A stretch of 24,000 nucleotides of DNA, from NCBI RefSeq assembly GCF_041908905.1, contig NZ_JAYREK010000025.1:21904-45903 (forward strand). Direction: 5' to 3'. Below, piece after piece: positions 8,218 through 15,287 of the stretch; position 1 is the stretch's first letter; each line of letters begins with the position of its first letter. Position numbers and translations under genes: made by a program. Below the pieces are notes generated by a model, which worked only from the letters and a program-made list of their open reading frames with translations, was not told where the DNA came from and did no database searches. This DNA comes from Zoogloea sp. Lineage in GTDB: Bacteria > Pseudomonadota > Gammaproteobacteria > Burkholderiales > Rhodocyclaceae.

Positions 8218-9093
8218 TCACACCCGGTCCGTCACCTTCGCGCCGAACAGGCCGCGCGGCATGAAGAAGAGAATGAAGAGGATCAGCACGAAGGGGATGG
8301 CGTCCTTGTAGGCCGACGACAGGTAGCCGGCGCCCATCGCCTCGAGCACGCCCACCAGCAGGCCGCCCACCACCGCGCCGAGGCCGTTGCCGAGCCCGCC
8401 GAGCACCGCCGCGACGAAGCCCTTCAGGCCGAGCATGATCCCCACGTCGTAGGAGGTGAGGGTGATCGGGGTGATCAGGATGCCCCCCAGGGCGCCCAGG
8501 GCCGCCGACATCGCGAAGCTCATGAACAGCACGCCGTTGGTGTTGATGCCCACCAGCTCGGCCGCCGTGCGGTTGAAGGAGGTGGCCAGCATCGCCTTGC
8601 CGGTGAGGGTGCGGTTGAAGAAGTACCACAGCAGCACCACGACCACCGCGGTGACACCCAGCACCCACAGGCTCTGGGGCATCAGGGTGGCGCCGAGGAT
8701 CTCGATCGGCGCATCGCCGGAGAAGGCCGGCAGGCTGTGGGTGCCCTTGCCGAGGAAGACCTGGACCAGGCCGCGGATCACCAGCGAGGCGCCGATGGTG
8801 ATGATGATCAGGGTCACCGTCTCGGCGCCCTTGACCGGCTCGATGGCGAGCTTCTCGATCAGCACGCCGACCACCGCCGGCACCAGCACCGCCAGCAGCA
8901 GCGCCGCCGGCAGCGGCAGCCCGGCCTGGGTGAACATCACCGCCAGCATGCCGCCGAGCATGATGAACTCGCCCTGGGCGAAGTTGATGACGTTGCTGGC
9001 GTTGTAGATCAGCGTGAAGCCGAGCGCGGCCAGCGCGTAGGTGGCGCCGACGGTGACGCCGGAGAACAGGAACTGCAGCAGTTGGGCCAGCAT
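8218..9093 (-). CDS. livH: LivH-type branched-chain amino acid ABC transporter permease
   Basis: MLAQLLQFLFSGVTVGATYALAALGFTLIYNASNVINFAQGEF is a typical LivH N-terminus. ATG at 9093 with GGGAG 7 nt upstream. The in-frame GTG at 9096 is an alternative start. Confidence 0.9.
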   Translation of the reverse strand: MLAQLLQFLFSGVTVGATYALAALGFTLIYNASNVINFAQGEFIMLGGMLAVMFTQAGLPLPAALLLAVLVPAVVGVLIEKLAIEPVKGAETVTLIIITIGASLVIRGLVQVFLGKGTHSLPAFSGDAPIEILGATLMPQSLWVLGVTAVVVVLLWYFFNRTLTGKAMLATSFNRTAAELVGINTNGVLFMSFAMSAALGALGGILITPITLTSYDVGIMLGLKGFVAAVLGGLGNGLGAVVGGLLVGVLEAMGAGYLSSAYKDAIPFVLILFILFFMPRGLFGAKVTDRV

Positions 9094-9255
9094 CACGCGG
9101 CTCCCGTTCGGACGTAAGGGGTGCGATGGTTCATCGTGTCTCCTGTCGATTGAGCGATCGGATGGGAGGGACGGGCGGCGCCGGCCCCAGAAGAACTCCC
9201 GCCGCAGCGCCGGGGCATGGCGGAGGGAGTTCTGTATTTTGTAATTTATTCCGCA

Positions 9256-9284
9256 ATTAGAAATGATACAAAAAATCTAGTCAA
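9256..9284 (-). promoter_or_regulatory. Candidate sigma70 promoter of the liv-type operon
   Basis: Read on the minus strand: TTGACT (complement of 9279-9284), 17 nt, TCTAAT (complement of 9256-9261). It lies inside the GATACA/TGTATC inverted repeat. Confidence 0.45.
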
Positions 9285-9300
9285 GACAATCTTGTGTATC
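9265..9300. promoter_or_regulatory. Perfect inverted repeat GATACA-N24-TGTATC, candidate PaaX operator
   Basis: GATACA at 9265-9270 and TGTATC at 9295-9300. The same half-sites with the same 24-nt spacing recur at 17536-17571. The flanks are also shared (AATGATACAAAAAA and TGTATCGnATTG). Confidence 0.5.
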
Positions 9301-9410
9301 GAATTGCGGGTTTTAGCGAACCCTCGGCCGGCGCCCGGGGGAGGGCGTGGAGGGCGCTGAAGCACGGGGGATGCCGGGCCGGGGAGGGCGGCCGGACAGG
9401 CGCGGGGGCG

Positions 9411-9449
9411 CGATACGCCGCCCGCCGGGGAGGCGCCGGCGGCGTATCG
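9411..9449. other. GC-rich perfect 12-bp inverted repeat / stem-loop just downstream of the IclR gene
   Basis: CGATACGCCGCC (9411-9422) and GGCGGCGTATCG (9438-9449) with a 15-nt spacer that can pair further (CGCC/GGCG). It starts 13 nt after the IclR stop (9462-9464). No U-tract follows on the minus strand. The outer ends read GATAC...GTATC. Confidence 0.35.
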
Positions 9450-9461
9450 GGTGGCGACCCC

Positions 9462-10265
9462 TCAGGAGGGGGCGTTGGCGTCGCGGGTGGAGCCGAGGCG
9501 CAGCGAGAGGGCGTCGGCGGCGGCCCGCAGGCGGGCCAGGGTGGCGCTGTCGGGGCCCATGTCGATGGCGCCTTCGACGCCCACGATCACCAGCGCCATC
9601 GTGAGGTCGTTCTTGAAGTTGAAGACCGGCGCGGCGGCGGCCTCGACGCCGCGGAAGAGGTATTCGTCGCCGGTGATCACCGCGATGCCCCGTTCGCGCA
9701 CGCCGGCCAGCAGGGCCTCGGCGTCGTCCATGGTGGTGACGCCGGGGGGCAGGTTCTTGCGCTGCTCCACCTCGCGCCTGACGATGGCGCGGGTGGCGTT
9801 GGGCAGCCACGCGGCGAACACCCGGCCGGCGGCCGAGCTGAGCACGCCGAGGGTGGTGCCGGTGACCACGTTGACGGTGATCGGCCGGCGCGGGCGCTCC
9901 CAGCGCACGATGACCGGGCCGTTGTCGCCCCACACCGCCAGCGCCGTGGTCTCGTTGATCTCGTCCCGCAGCTCGGAGATCGCCGCCAGCCCGAGGCGGA
10001 TGCGGTCGAGGCGGTCGATGGCGACCAGGCCGATGTTGAGGGCGAAGGGCCCGAGGTTGTAGCGCGAGGTGAGCGGGTCCTGTTCGACCAAGCCGCTGCG
10101 GATCAGGCTGACGAGATAGCGGTGGGCCTTGGACGGGGGCATGTCGGCGGCGGCGGCGATGTCCTTGAGCATCATCGAGCGCTGGCCGAAGACCATCGCC
10201 TTGAGAATGCCCATGCCCACCTCGAGGGACTGGACGCCGTGTTTTCCTTCCAGCTCTTCGCTCAT
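9462..10265 (-). CDS. IclR-family transcriptional regulator
   Basis: 267 aa. N-terminal wHTH region (VQSLEVGMGILKAMVFGQRSMMLKDIAAAADMPPSKAHRYLVSLIRSGLVEQD) and a C-terminal IclR effector-binding-type domain. ATG at 10265. Confidence 0.9.
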   Translation of the reverse strand: MSEELEGKHGVQSLEVGMGILKAMVFGQRSMMLKDIAAAADMPPSKAHRYLVSLIRSGLVEQDPLTSRYNLGPFALNIGLVAIDRLDRIRLGLAAISELRDEINETTALAVWGDNGPVIVRWERPRRPITVNVVTGTTLGVLSSAAGRVFAAWLPNATRAIVRREVEQRKNLPPGVTTMDDAEALLAGVRERGIAVITGDEYLFRGVEAAAAPVFNFKNDLTMALVIVGVEGAIDMGPDSATLARLRAAADALSLRLGSTRDANAPS

Positions 10266-10336
10266 GGTTGGGAATCCGGTTGTTGGGTTGAATGAGTGTT
10301 CAAAGGGGGTGACGGAAGTGATTACGCAATGGTAAA

Positions 10337-10359
10337 TTGATTTTAGTATAAGAAATCAA
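10337..10359. promoter_or_regulatory. Inverted repeat TTGATTT-N9-AAATCAA in the iclR/paaY divergent region (candidate operator overlapping a possible -10)
   Basis: TTGATTT at 10337-10343 and AAATCAA at 10353-10359. The spacer TAGTATAAG contains -10-like hexamers (TAGTAT/TATAAG). TTACGC at 10322-10327 is a possible -35. The repeat ends 21 nt upstream of the paaY ATG. Confidence 0.35.
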
Positions 10360-10379
10360 AACCCGAGGAGACACTTTTC

Positions 10380-10994
10380 ATGAGCAAGCTGCGCGTGTAT
10401 GCCATCGATGGCATCGTTCCGGTGGTCGACCCCAGTGCCTATGTGCACCCCAGCGCCGTGCTGATCGGCGACGTGATCGTCGGCCCCGACTGCTACGTGG
10501 GCCCCTGCGCGAGCCTGCGCGGGGACTTCGGCCGCCTGATCCTCGAGCGCGGCGTGAACGTGCAGGATACCTGCGTGATGCACGGCTTCCCAGGCACCGA
10601 CACGGTGATCGAGGAGGACGGCCACATCGGCCACGGGGCGGTGCTCCACGGCTGCCGCATCGGCCGCAACGCCCTGGTCGGGATGAACGCGGTGATCATG
10701 GACAACGCGGTGGTGGGCGAGGCGTCCATCGTGGCGGCGGCGGCCTTCGTGAAGGCCGGGATGGAGATCCCGCCGCGCGTGCTGGTCGCCGGGATGCCCG
10801 CCAAGGTGGTGCGCGAGCTCTCCGACGAGGAGATCCGCTGGAAGACCGACGGCACCCGCACCTACCAGGATCTTACCCTGCGCTGCCTCGCCACGATGAC
10901 CGAGACCGATCCGCTCACCGCCATCGAGCCCGATCGCAAGCGCATCCACATGCCCGACGTGGTGCCGCTGGTGGCGCTGAAGAAGCGGGACTGA
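10380..10994 (+). CDS. paaY: PaaY, hexapeptide-repeat (gamma-carbonic-anhydrase-like) phenylacetate pathway thioesterase/regulatory protein
   Basis: 204 aa. Close recognisable match to E. coli PaaY along the length (..[81 protein letters not shown]..). GAGGAG RBS 9 nt upstream. Confidence 0.9.
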   Translation: MSKLRVYAIDGIVPVVDPSAYVHPSAVLIGDVIVGPDCYVGPCASLRGDFGRLILERGVNVQDTCVMHGFPGTDTVIEEDGHIGHGAVLHGCRIGRNALVGMNAVIMDNAVVGEASIVAAAAFVKAGMEIPPRVLVAGMPAKVVRELSDEEIRWKTDGTRTYQDLTLRCLATMTETDPLTAIEPDRKRIHMPDVVPLVALKKRD

Positions 10995-11163
10995 GCCCGG
11001 AGACGGCCGCCGCGACGCCCGCCGGCGGCCCGCGTCGGCCTGTCCGGGCGCGACACCGCGCGGCCGGAGCCGGCGGAGGCCACCGTCCGGGTGGATCGCC
11101 CTTCACTCTCACGAGCGGCGTATCCCGCACGCTGCTGCGGCGTTCACGGCAGGACGATATGCG

Positions 11164-11194
11164 ACCGGCCTCCCCGTGGAGGCCGGTTCTCTTT
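11164..11194 (+). terminator. Rho-independent-type terminator between convergent paaY and pac
   Basis: 10-bp perfect GC-rich stem ACCGGCCTCC / GGAGGCCGGT with a CCGT loop, followed by TCTCTTTGG on the plus strand. It lies 170 nt after the paaY stop and about 60 nt beyond the pac stop, so it may act on both. Confidence 0.55.
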
Positions 11195-11255
11195 GGTGGA
11201 GCAGCACCCCGGCGGCGTGGTTGCAGCCGGCGCCCGCCGAGCCGGCCGCCCGCCT

Positions 11256-13841
11256 TCAGCGCCCCTGGCGCGGCGCCACGGTCAGTCGTTCGATGCGCGT
11301 CGTGCCCTTCACGATCTCGCTCCGCGTGCCCAGCACCGGCTTGTTCCTGTACTGGTCGTAGAGCGCCATCTGGTCCAGGTAGTGGGGGCCGGTGCTGCCG
11401 TCCGGCGCCACGAAGCCGTCCTGCCCGGGCGCCGCCACGTCCCAGCTCCGCACGCCACGCCTGCCCAGCACCGTCAGGTTGTTCTCGGTGCCCCGGTTCA
11501 TCGCCACGTGGGAGAACTGGACTTCCGCCTCGCCGGCCTGGGGCACGCCGAAGAAGTTGCTGGTGAAGAACTTGTTCTTCGCCACCGGCGCCAGCCAGCC
11601 CGCCATGTCGGGGCCGAAGCGCTGGGTGAGGGCGGTGTCGGCCTCGGCGAGGGCCTTCAGCGCCGCCTCGCCGAAAGTGCGCCCCTTCAGGAAGTCGTGG
11701 CGCATCGCCTCGCCGGCTTGCCCGGCACGCAGGATGCGGTAGAGCACCTTGACGCCCGGCTGGACGTTCACCGAGCCGGCCGGGGGCGCTTCGGCGGTGG
11801 GGTAGCCGGCGCTGAGGTAGAACCTGGCGAAATCGACCGGCAGGTCGGCAGCGACGGTGTCGCGCAGGATCGCCGCAAACCACGCCGGCAGGATCGCCGA
11901 GGCCGGGCTGTCGTAGCGGCCGTCCCGGTTGGCGTCGTCGTGCAGGCCGTCCCAGCCCGCCAGCAGCCCGACCATCTGGCGGCGGCGGTCGTCGTCGGGC
12001 AGGCCGGCGACGGCTTTCTCGAGGGCCGGCAGGAAGTAGCGCACATTCACGTCGGCCAGGCTGGTCGGCTTGAGCAGGGCCCACATGGCGTCGGCGTCGA
12101 GGCGCGGGTGGGCGGCGAGGCGCCTCTCGAGTTCGTTGAGGCGGTCCGCCGCGCCCCACGACAGCCACAGCATGTCGGGGTTGGGGTAGCCCTTCATCGG
12201 CGAGTTGTTCCAGTTCACCAGATAGCCGGTGTCGGGGTTGTAGACCTGCGGGTTGCTGCGGAAGGGCAGCAGCCCCTTCCAGTCCATCTCGCCGGTGCCC
12301 GGCACCGGCAGGCGCAGGTCGTGGCCGGCCCGGCGCTCGGGGTACTTGCCGGTGTGCACGTAGCCGATGTTGCCGCGCCGGTCCGTGTAGTACCAGTTGA
12401 TGGTGAGCGCGTTGCGCTCGGCCTGGCCCAGCCAGCCTTTCCAGTCGGTGGCCTGGGCCTGGCGCACCCAGCCGAACAGGGAGTCCAGCTCGCGGCCGCT
12501 CCAGGTGCGCGCCTTGGCGTAGGCCACGCCGGCCGCCTCGTCGCGCTTGACCACCAGGCCATGCACGGTGCGGTACACGTCGAGGGTCTCGGCGGGCGCG
12601 TCCTTCACGCCGATCGTCTCGCTGCGCTGCTCCATCCGCTTCCACTCGCCCTGGTGGAAGTAGTGGGTCGGATCGGCGGGGTCGAGCTTTTCGGCGAAGA
12701 TGTCCACCCCGTCGCCGAAGCCCGCGGTGGCGCCCCAGCCGATCCTGCCGTTGTGGCCGAACAGGATGCAGGGGTAGGCGAAGGGCGTGTTGCCGACGAC
12801 GTCGAAGCCGGCGCCGTGGAGGCCGATACCGAAGGTGTAGGCCGGCGCGAACCAGCCGAACTGGGGGCCGTTGAGGAGGATTGCGTTGGCGCCGGCGGCC
12901 CGCTTCTTTCCGACGATCCACATGTTGCTGGCGGCGGGAAACCCCGCCTGGCCGGTCATCCCGAAGGCTTCGAGTTGGGCCAGCAGCGCGTCCTGGTGGG
13001 CGTTCTGGGGGCCATCGAGCAACGCGCCGTCGGCGTTCCGGGCCAGGCGGGCGAGGCTCGGCGGCGTGTCGCGGTAGTCCGGCAGGGTGTAGGCGACGCG
13101 GCCCTCGGCGCTCACCGGCACGCTGTAGCGGCCGGCGCTGGCGGGCACGGTGGTCGGCGCGTCGGGGTCGACCACCCACTTGAGGTCGTCGAAGATCGCC
13201 TGGCCGCCCGCCGCGCCGTGCTTGTCCTTGAGGGCGGTGAGGAGGCCGAGGTTGTCGATCTCGGTGTTGAAGTCGGAGAAGCGGTTGGCCATCGTGCCGA
13301 CGAAGATCATCACCACGTCGAAGGCCGTCCACGGTTCGGGCTTGAAGCCGAGGTCGATGAACTGCTTGGGCATCAGCTTGCCCGGCTCGGCGTGCACCCG
13401 GTCGAGCCAGGCGTTCATGCCCGCGGCGTAGCCTTCGAGGATGTCCCGGTCGGCCTTGGGCAGCGCGGCGATCTGGTCGTGGATGGATTGCGGCCAATAG
13501 TTGGCGCGGATGCCCTTGTCGAAGGCGACGAACTTGCGCCCGAGCACTTCCGCCACCCGGCCCTGGGTGCTGCGCCGCGCCATTTCCATCTGGAACAGGC
13601 GATCCTGGGCGACCACGTAGCCGTAGCCGTAGAACAGCCCGAAGGGGGTGCTGGCATGGACATGGGGCATGCCGTAGCCGTCGCGCCGGATCTCGACGCT
13701 CTCCATGGGGGCGACGGCCTGGGCTGCGGGGGCGCCCTGGGGCGTACGGGCCGCGGCGGGTGGTGCCACGGTCAGCAGCAGGGCCCCGAGGGCGGCGGTG
13801 AATGCGGCGGTTCGCGGGTTTGGAAAACGGGATCGGGTCAC
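11256..13841 (-). CDS. pac: Penicillin G acylase (Ntn-hydrolase, periplasmic precursor)
   Basis: 861 aa. GTG start at 13841 with GGAGA 6 nt upstream. Signal-peptide-like N-terminus. Strong recognisable similarity to E. coli PGA in the alpha subunit (RDGYGMPH..LFYGYGYVVAQDRLFQMEMARRSTQG.VAEVLG..FVGTMANRFSD...EIDNL.LLTALKDK) and at the beta-subunit N-terminus with the Ser nucleophile (SNMWIVGKKRA..NGPQFGWFAPAYTFGIGLHGAGFDVVGNTPFAYP). Confidence 0.92.
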   Translation of the reverse strand: MTRSRFPNPRTAAFTAALGALLLTVAPPAAARTPQGAPAAQAVAPMESVEIRRDGYGMPHVHASTPFGLFYGYGYVVAQDRLFQMEMARRSTQGRVAEVLGRKFVAFDKGIRANYWPQSIHDQIAALPKADRDILEGYAAGMNAWLDRVHAEPGKLMPKQFIDLGFKPEPWTAFDVVMIFVGTMANRFSDFNTEIDNLGLLTALKDKHGAAGGQAIFDDLKWVVDPDAPTTVPASAGRYSVPVSAEGRVAYTLPDYRDTPPSLARLARNADGALLDGPQNAHQDALLAQLEAFGMTGQAGFPAASNMWIVGKKRAAGANAILLNGPQFGWFAPAYTFGIGLHGAGFDVVGNTPFAYPCILFGHNGRIGWGATAGFGDGVDIFAEKLDPADPTHYFHQGEWKRMEQRSETIGVKDAPAETLDVYRTVHGLVVKRDEAAGVAYAKARTWSGRELDSLFGWVRQAQATDWKGWLGQAERNALTINWYYTDRRGNIGYVHTGKYPERRAGHDLRLPVPGTGEMDWKGLLPFRSNPQVYNPDTGYLVNWNNSPMKGYPNPDMLWLSWGAADRLNELERRLAAHPRLDADAMWALLKPTSLADVNVRYFLPALEKAVAGLPDDDRRRQMVGLLAGWDGLHDDANRDGRYDSPASAILPAWFAAILRDTVAADLPVDFARFYLSAGYPTAEAPPAGSVNVQPGVKVLYRILRAGQAGEAMRHDFLKGRTFGEAALKALAEADTALTQRFGPDMAGWLAPVAKNKFFTSNFFGVPQAGEAEVQFSHVAMNRGTENNLTVLGRRGVRSWDVAAPGQDGFVAPDGSTGPHYLDQMALYDQYRNKPVLGTRSEIVKGTTRIERLTVAPRQGR

Positions 13842-14243
13842 GGCGTGTCTCCTCGGCCTTGTCTGGATGGTGTTTGTTTTTAGAGGAATTAGTTACGGAT
13901 AATAAAATTCACGTTTCCATGCGTCCAATGCAAAACATTGCCGCTGCCGATAACCGAAGGTAATCGGCGGAAAGGAGGATCCGGTTGCCGGGGAGGAGGC
14001 TGTTGCCGTCGGGTGCGTCTGCGCGGGGAAGTGGCGAGGATGCGGCGGGGAGGGCGGCCGGCCCGCTCCGGGAGGGGTGCGGGGGCACGGGCCGGTGCGG
14101 TCTGGCCCTGCGGCCGATGGGTGGGGGGAAGGATCGGGCCGGCAGAGCCGGCGGGGCGGTTCAGGCGGCCGGCTGCGGCGATGTCACCGCAGCCGGGCTG
14201 CAAGCGTTGCGTCCGTCGGCGCCTCCGTGGGGCCCGGAGGGTG

Positions 14244-15200
14244 TCAGCTCCGCCCGTCGCCGAGGGGGTCGTCTTCGCGGAAGCGTTCGTGGATGAGGCT
14301 GCTGGCCGGGGGGATCTCGCCGGTGGCGAGCTGGAGATGGCTGTCCAGGTGGCGCTCGGAGGGCGCGAGGAGGCGGCGGTAGAGCTCCTTGCAGAGCAGG
14401 CGGGCCTTCTGCCCGGGCCAGTCGGTGGGGAGCAGCACGTCGGGGAGTTCCGGGTCGCGCAGTAGCAGGCGCCGGTAGTCGTGGATCAGCAGCACGCGCA
14501 GCAGGAAGGCGGTCTCGTCGTCCACCTCGCCGCCGGCCTCGGAGCGCAGCGCGTCCAGCACCGGCTGGTAGCAGGCGACGAAGCCGTCGTACATGCCGGC
14601 GAGGTGCTCGAGGTTCCAGGCGCCATTGACCATGTCCACGTCGCTCGCCGCGTTGGCGAACTGGGCATCGGCGGCCAGCAGCGGCTTGAGCCGGCCCAGC
14701 AGGTCGGCCAGGCCCTCGGCCAGCAGCGCGTCGAAGGCGGCGCTGAGGTCGGCGCTGGGGTGCACGAAGCAGTCGCCCCCCAGGGTGCCGAAGCCCTGCC
14801 AGAACAGGGCGCGGCGCAGGGCCTCGCGTTCCTTGTGGGTGAGCTCGCCGACGGTGACGATGAGGCGCCAGCGGCGGTCCCACAGGGGCGCGCTGGAGGC
14901 GTAGATGTGCCGCGAGGCTTCCTCGAAGCGTCGCTGGCCGGAGGGGGTGAGCAGGTAGTCGGTGCGCCGGCCGACGGGCTCGGTGCGCAGCCATTCTTCC
15001 TTGGCGAGCCGGAAGACCGAGGTGCGCACCAGCCGCTCGTTGAGGTCGAGGGGTTCGAGCAGCCGGATCAGGCTGCCGAGCCAGATGCGGCTGCCCCGCG
15101 GGAGCACCGCATCGCCGAAGACCGAGATGATGAGCGAGCCCGCCTGGACGCGGCCTTGCTGGCGGAAGTCATCGAGACGTTTGTGGGCTTCGGGGAGCAC
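14244..15200 (-). CDS. paaX: PaaX, phenylacetyl-CoA-responsive repressor of the paa regulon
   Basis: 318 aa. GTG start at 15200. Characteristic PaaX N-terminal region SLIISVFGDAVLPRGSRIWLGSLIRLLEPLDLNERLVRTSVFRLAKEEWL..GRRTDYLLT. Confidence 0.9.
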   Translation of the reverse strand: MLPEAHKRLDDFRQQGRVQAGSLIISVFGDAVLPRGSRIWLGSLIRLLEPLDLNERLVRTSVFRLAKEEWLRTEPVGRRTDYLLTPSGQRRFEEASRHIYASSAPLWDRRWRLIVTVGELTHKEREALRRALFWQGFGTLGGDCFVHPSADLSAAFDALLAEGLADLLGRLKPLLAADAQFANAASDVDMVNGAWNLEHLAGMYDGFVACYQPVLDALRSEAGGEVDDETAFLLRVLLIHDYRRLLLRDPELPDVLLPTDWPGQKARLLCKELYRRLLAPSERHLDSHLQLATGEIPPASSLIHERFREDDPLGDGRS

Positions 15201-15287
15201 GGTGTTGCCGGAGGGCAGGCGTAAAACCGTCGATTTTATGCCACTCCCCCCGGCTCTGGATAGGAAAACGACGCTTTTCCGGCGGGC

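Noticed and set aside
8216-8668. N-terminal extension of the livM ORF (461-aa version); similar over-extensions occur for paaH (20142-20396), the reductase (16338-16427), paaI (21904) and livG (7299)
   Set aside because: The extensions overlap upstream genes, are Arg/Gly/Pro-rich, and in two cases begin with TTG. Internal ATGs placed at or next to the upstream stop give products of canonical length and N-terminus.
9294-9330. Similar small-peptide starts MYRIAG.. (9294, GTG) and MYRIGG.. (17565-17651, a 28-codon ORF)
   Set aside because: The similarity is produced by the shared operator arm TGTATCGnATTG. Neither start has a Shine-Dalgarno sequence, and the first frame simply continues as the antisense shadow of the IclR gene.
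10337-10359. TTGATTT-N9-AAATCAA considered as an FNR/CRP-family site
   Set aside because: FNR-type sites are TTGAT-N4-ATCAA. Here the TTGAT/ATCAA cores are 13 nt apart, so the spacing is incompatible. The repeat is kept only as a generic (IclR?) operator candidate.
10915-13883. 860-aa (minus) and 930-aa (plus) ORFs overlapping pac
   Set aside because: These are Arg/Pro/Gly-rich shadow frames typical of high-GC DNA. The third frame (11256-13841, minus) encodes an unmistakable penicillin G acylase.
13946-13968. Imperfect palindrome GCCGATAAC-N5-GTAATCGGC upstream of pac considered as a PaaX operator
   Set aside because: It has different half-sites and a short spacer, with no resemblance to the GATACA-N24-TGTATC architecture found twice elsewhere. 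It may be an unrelated operator or chance, and it is mentioned under the pac finding only.
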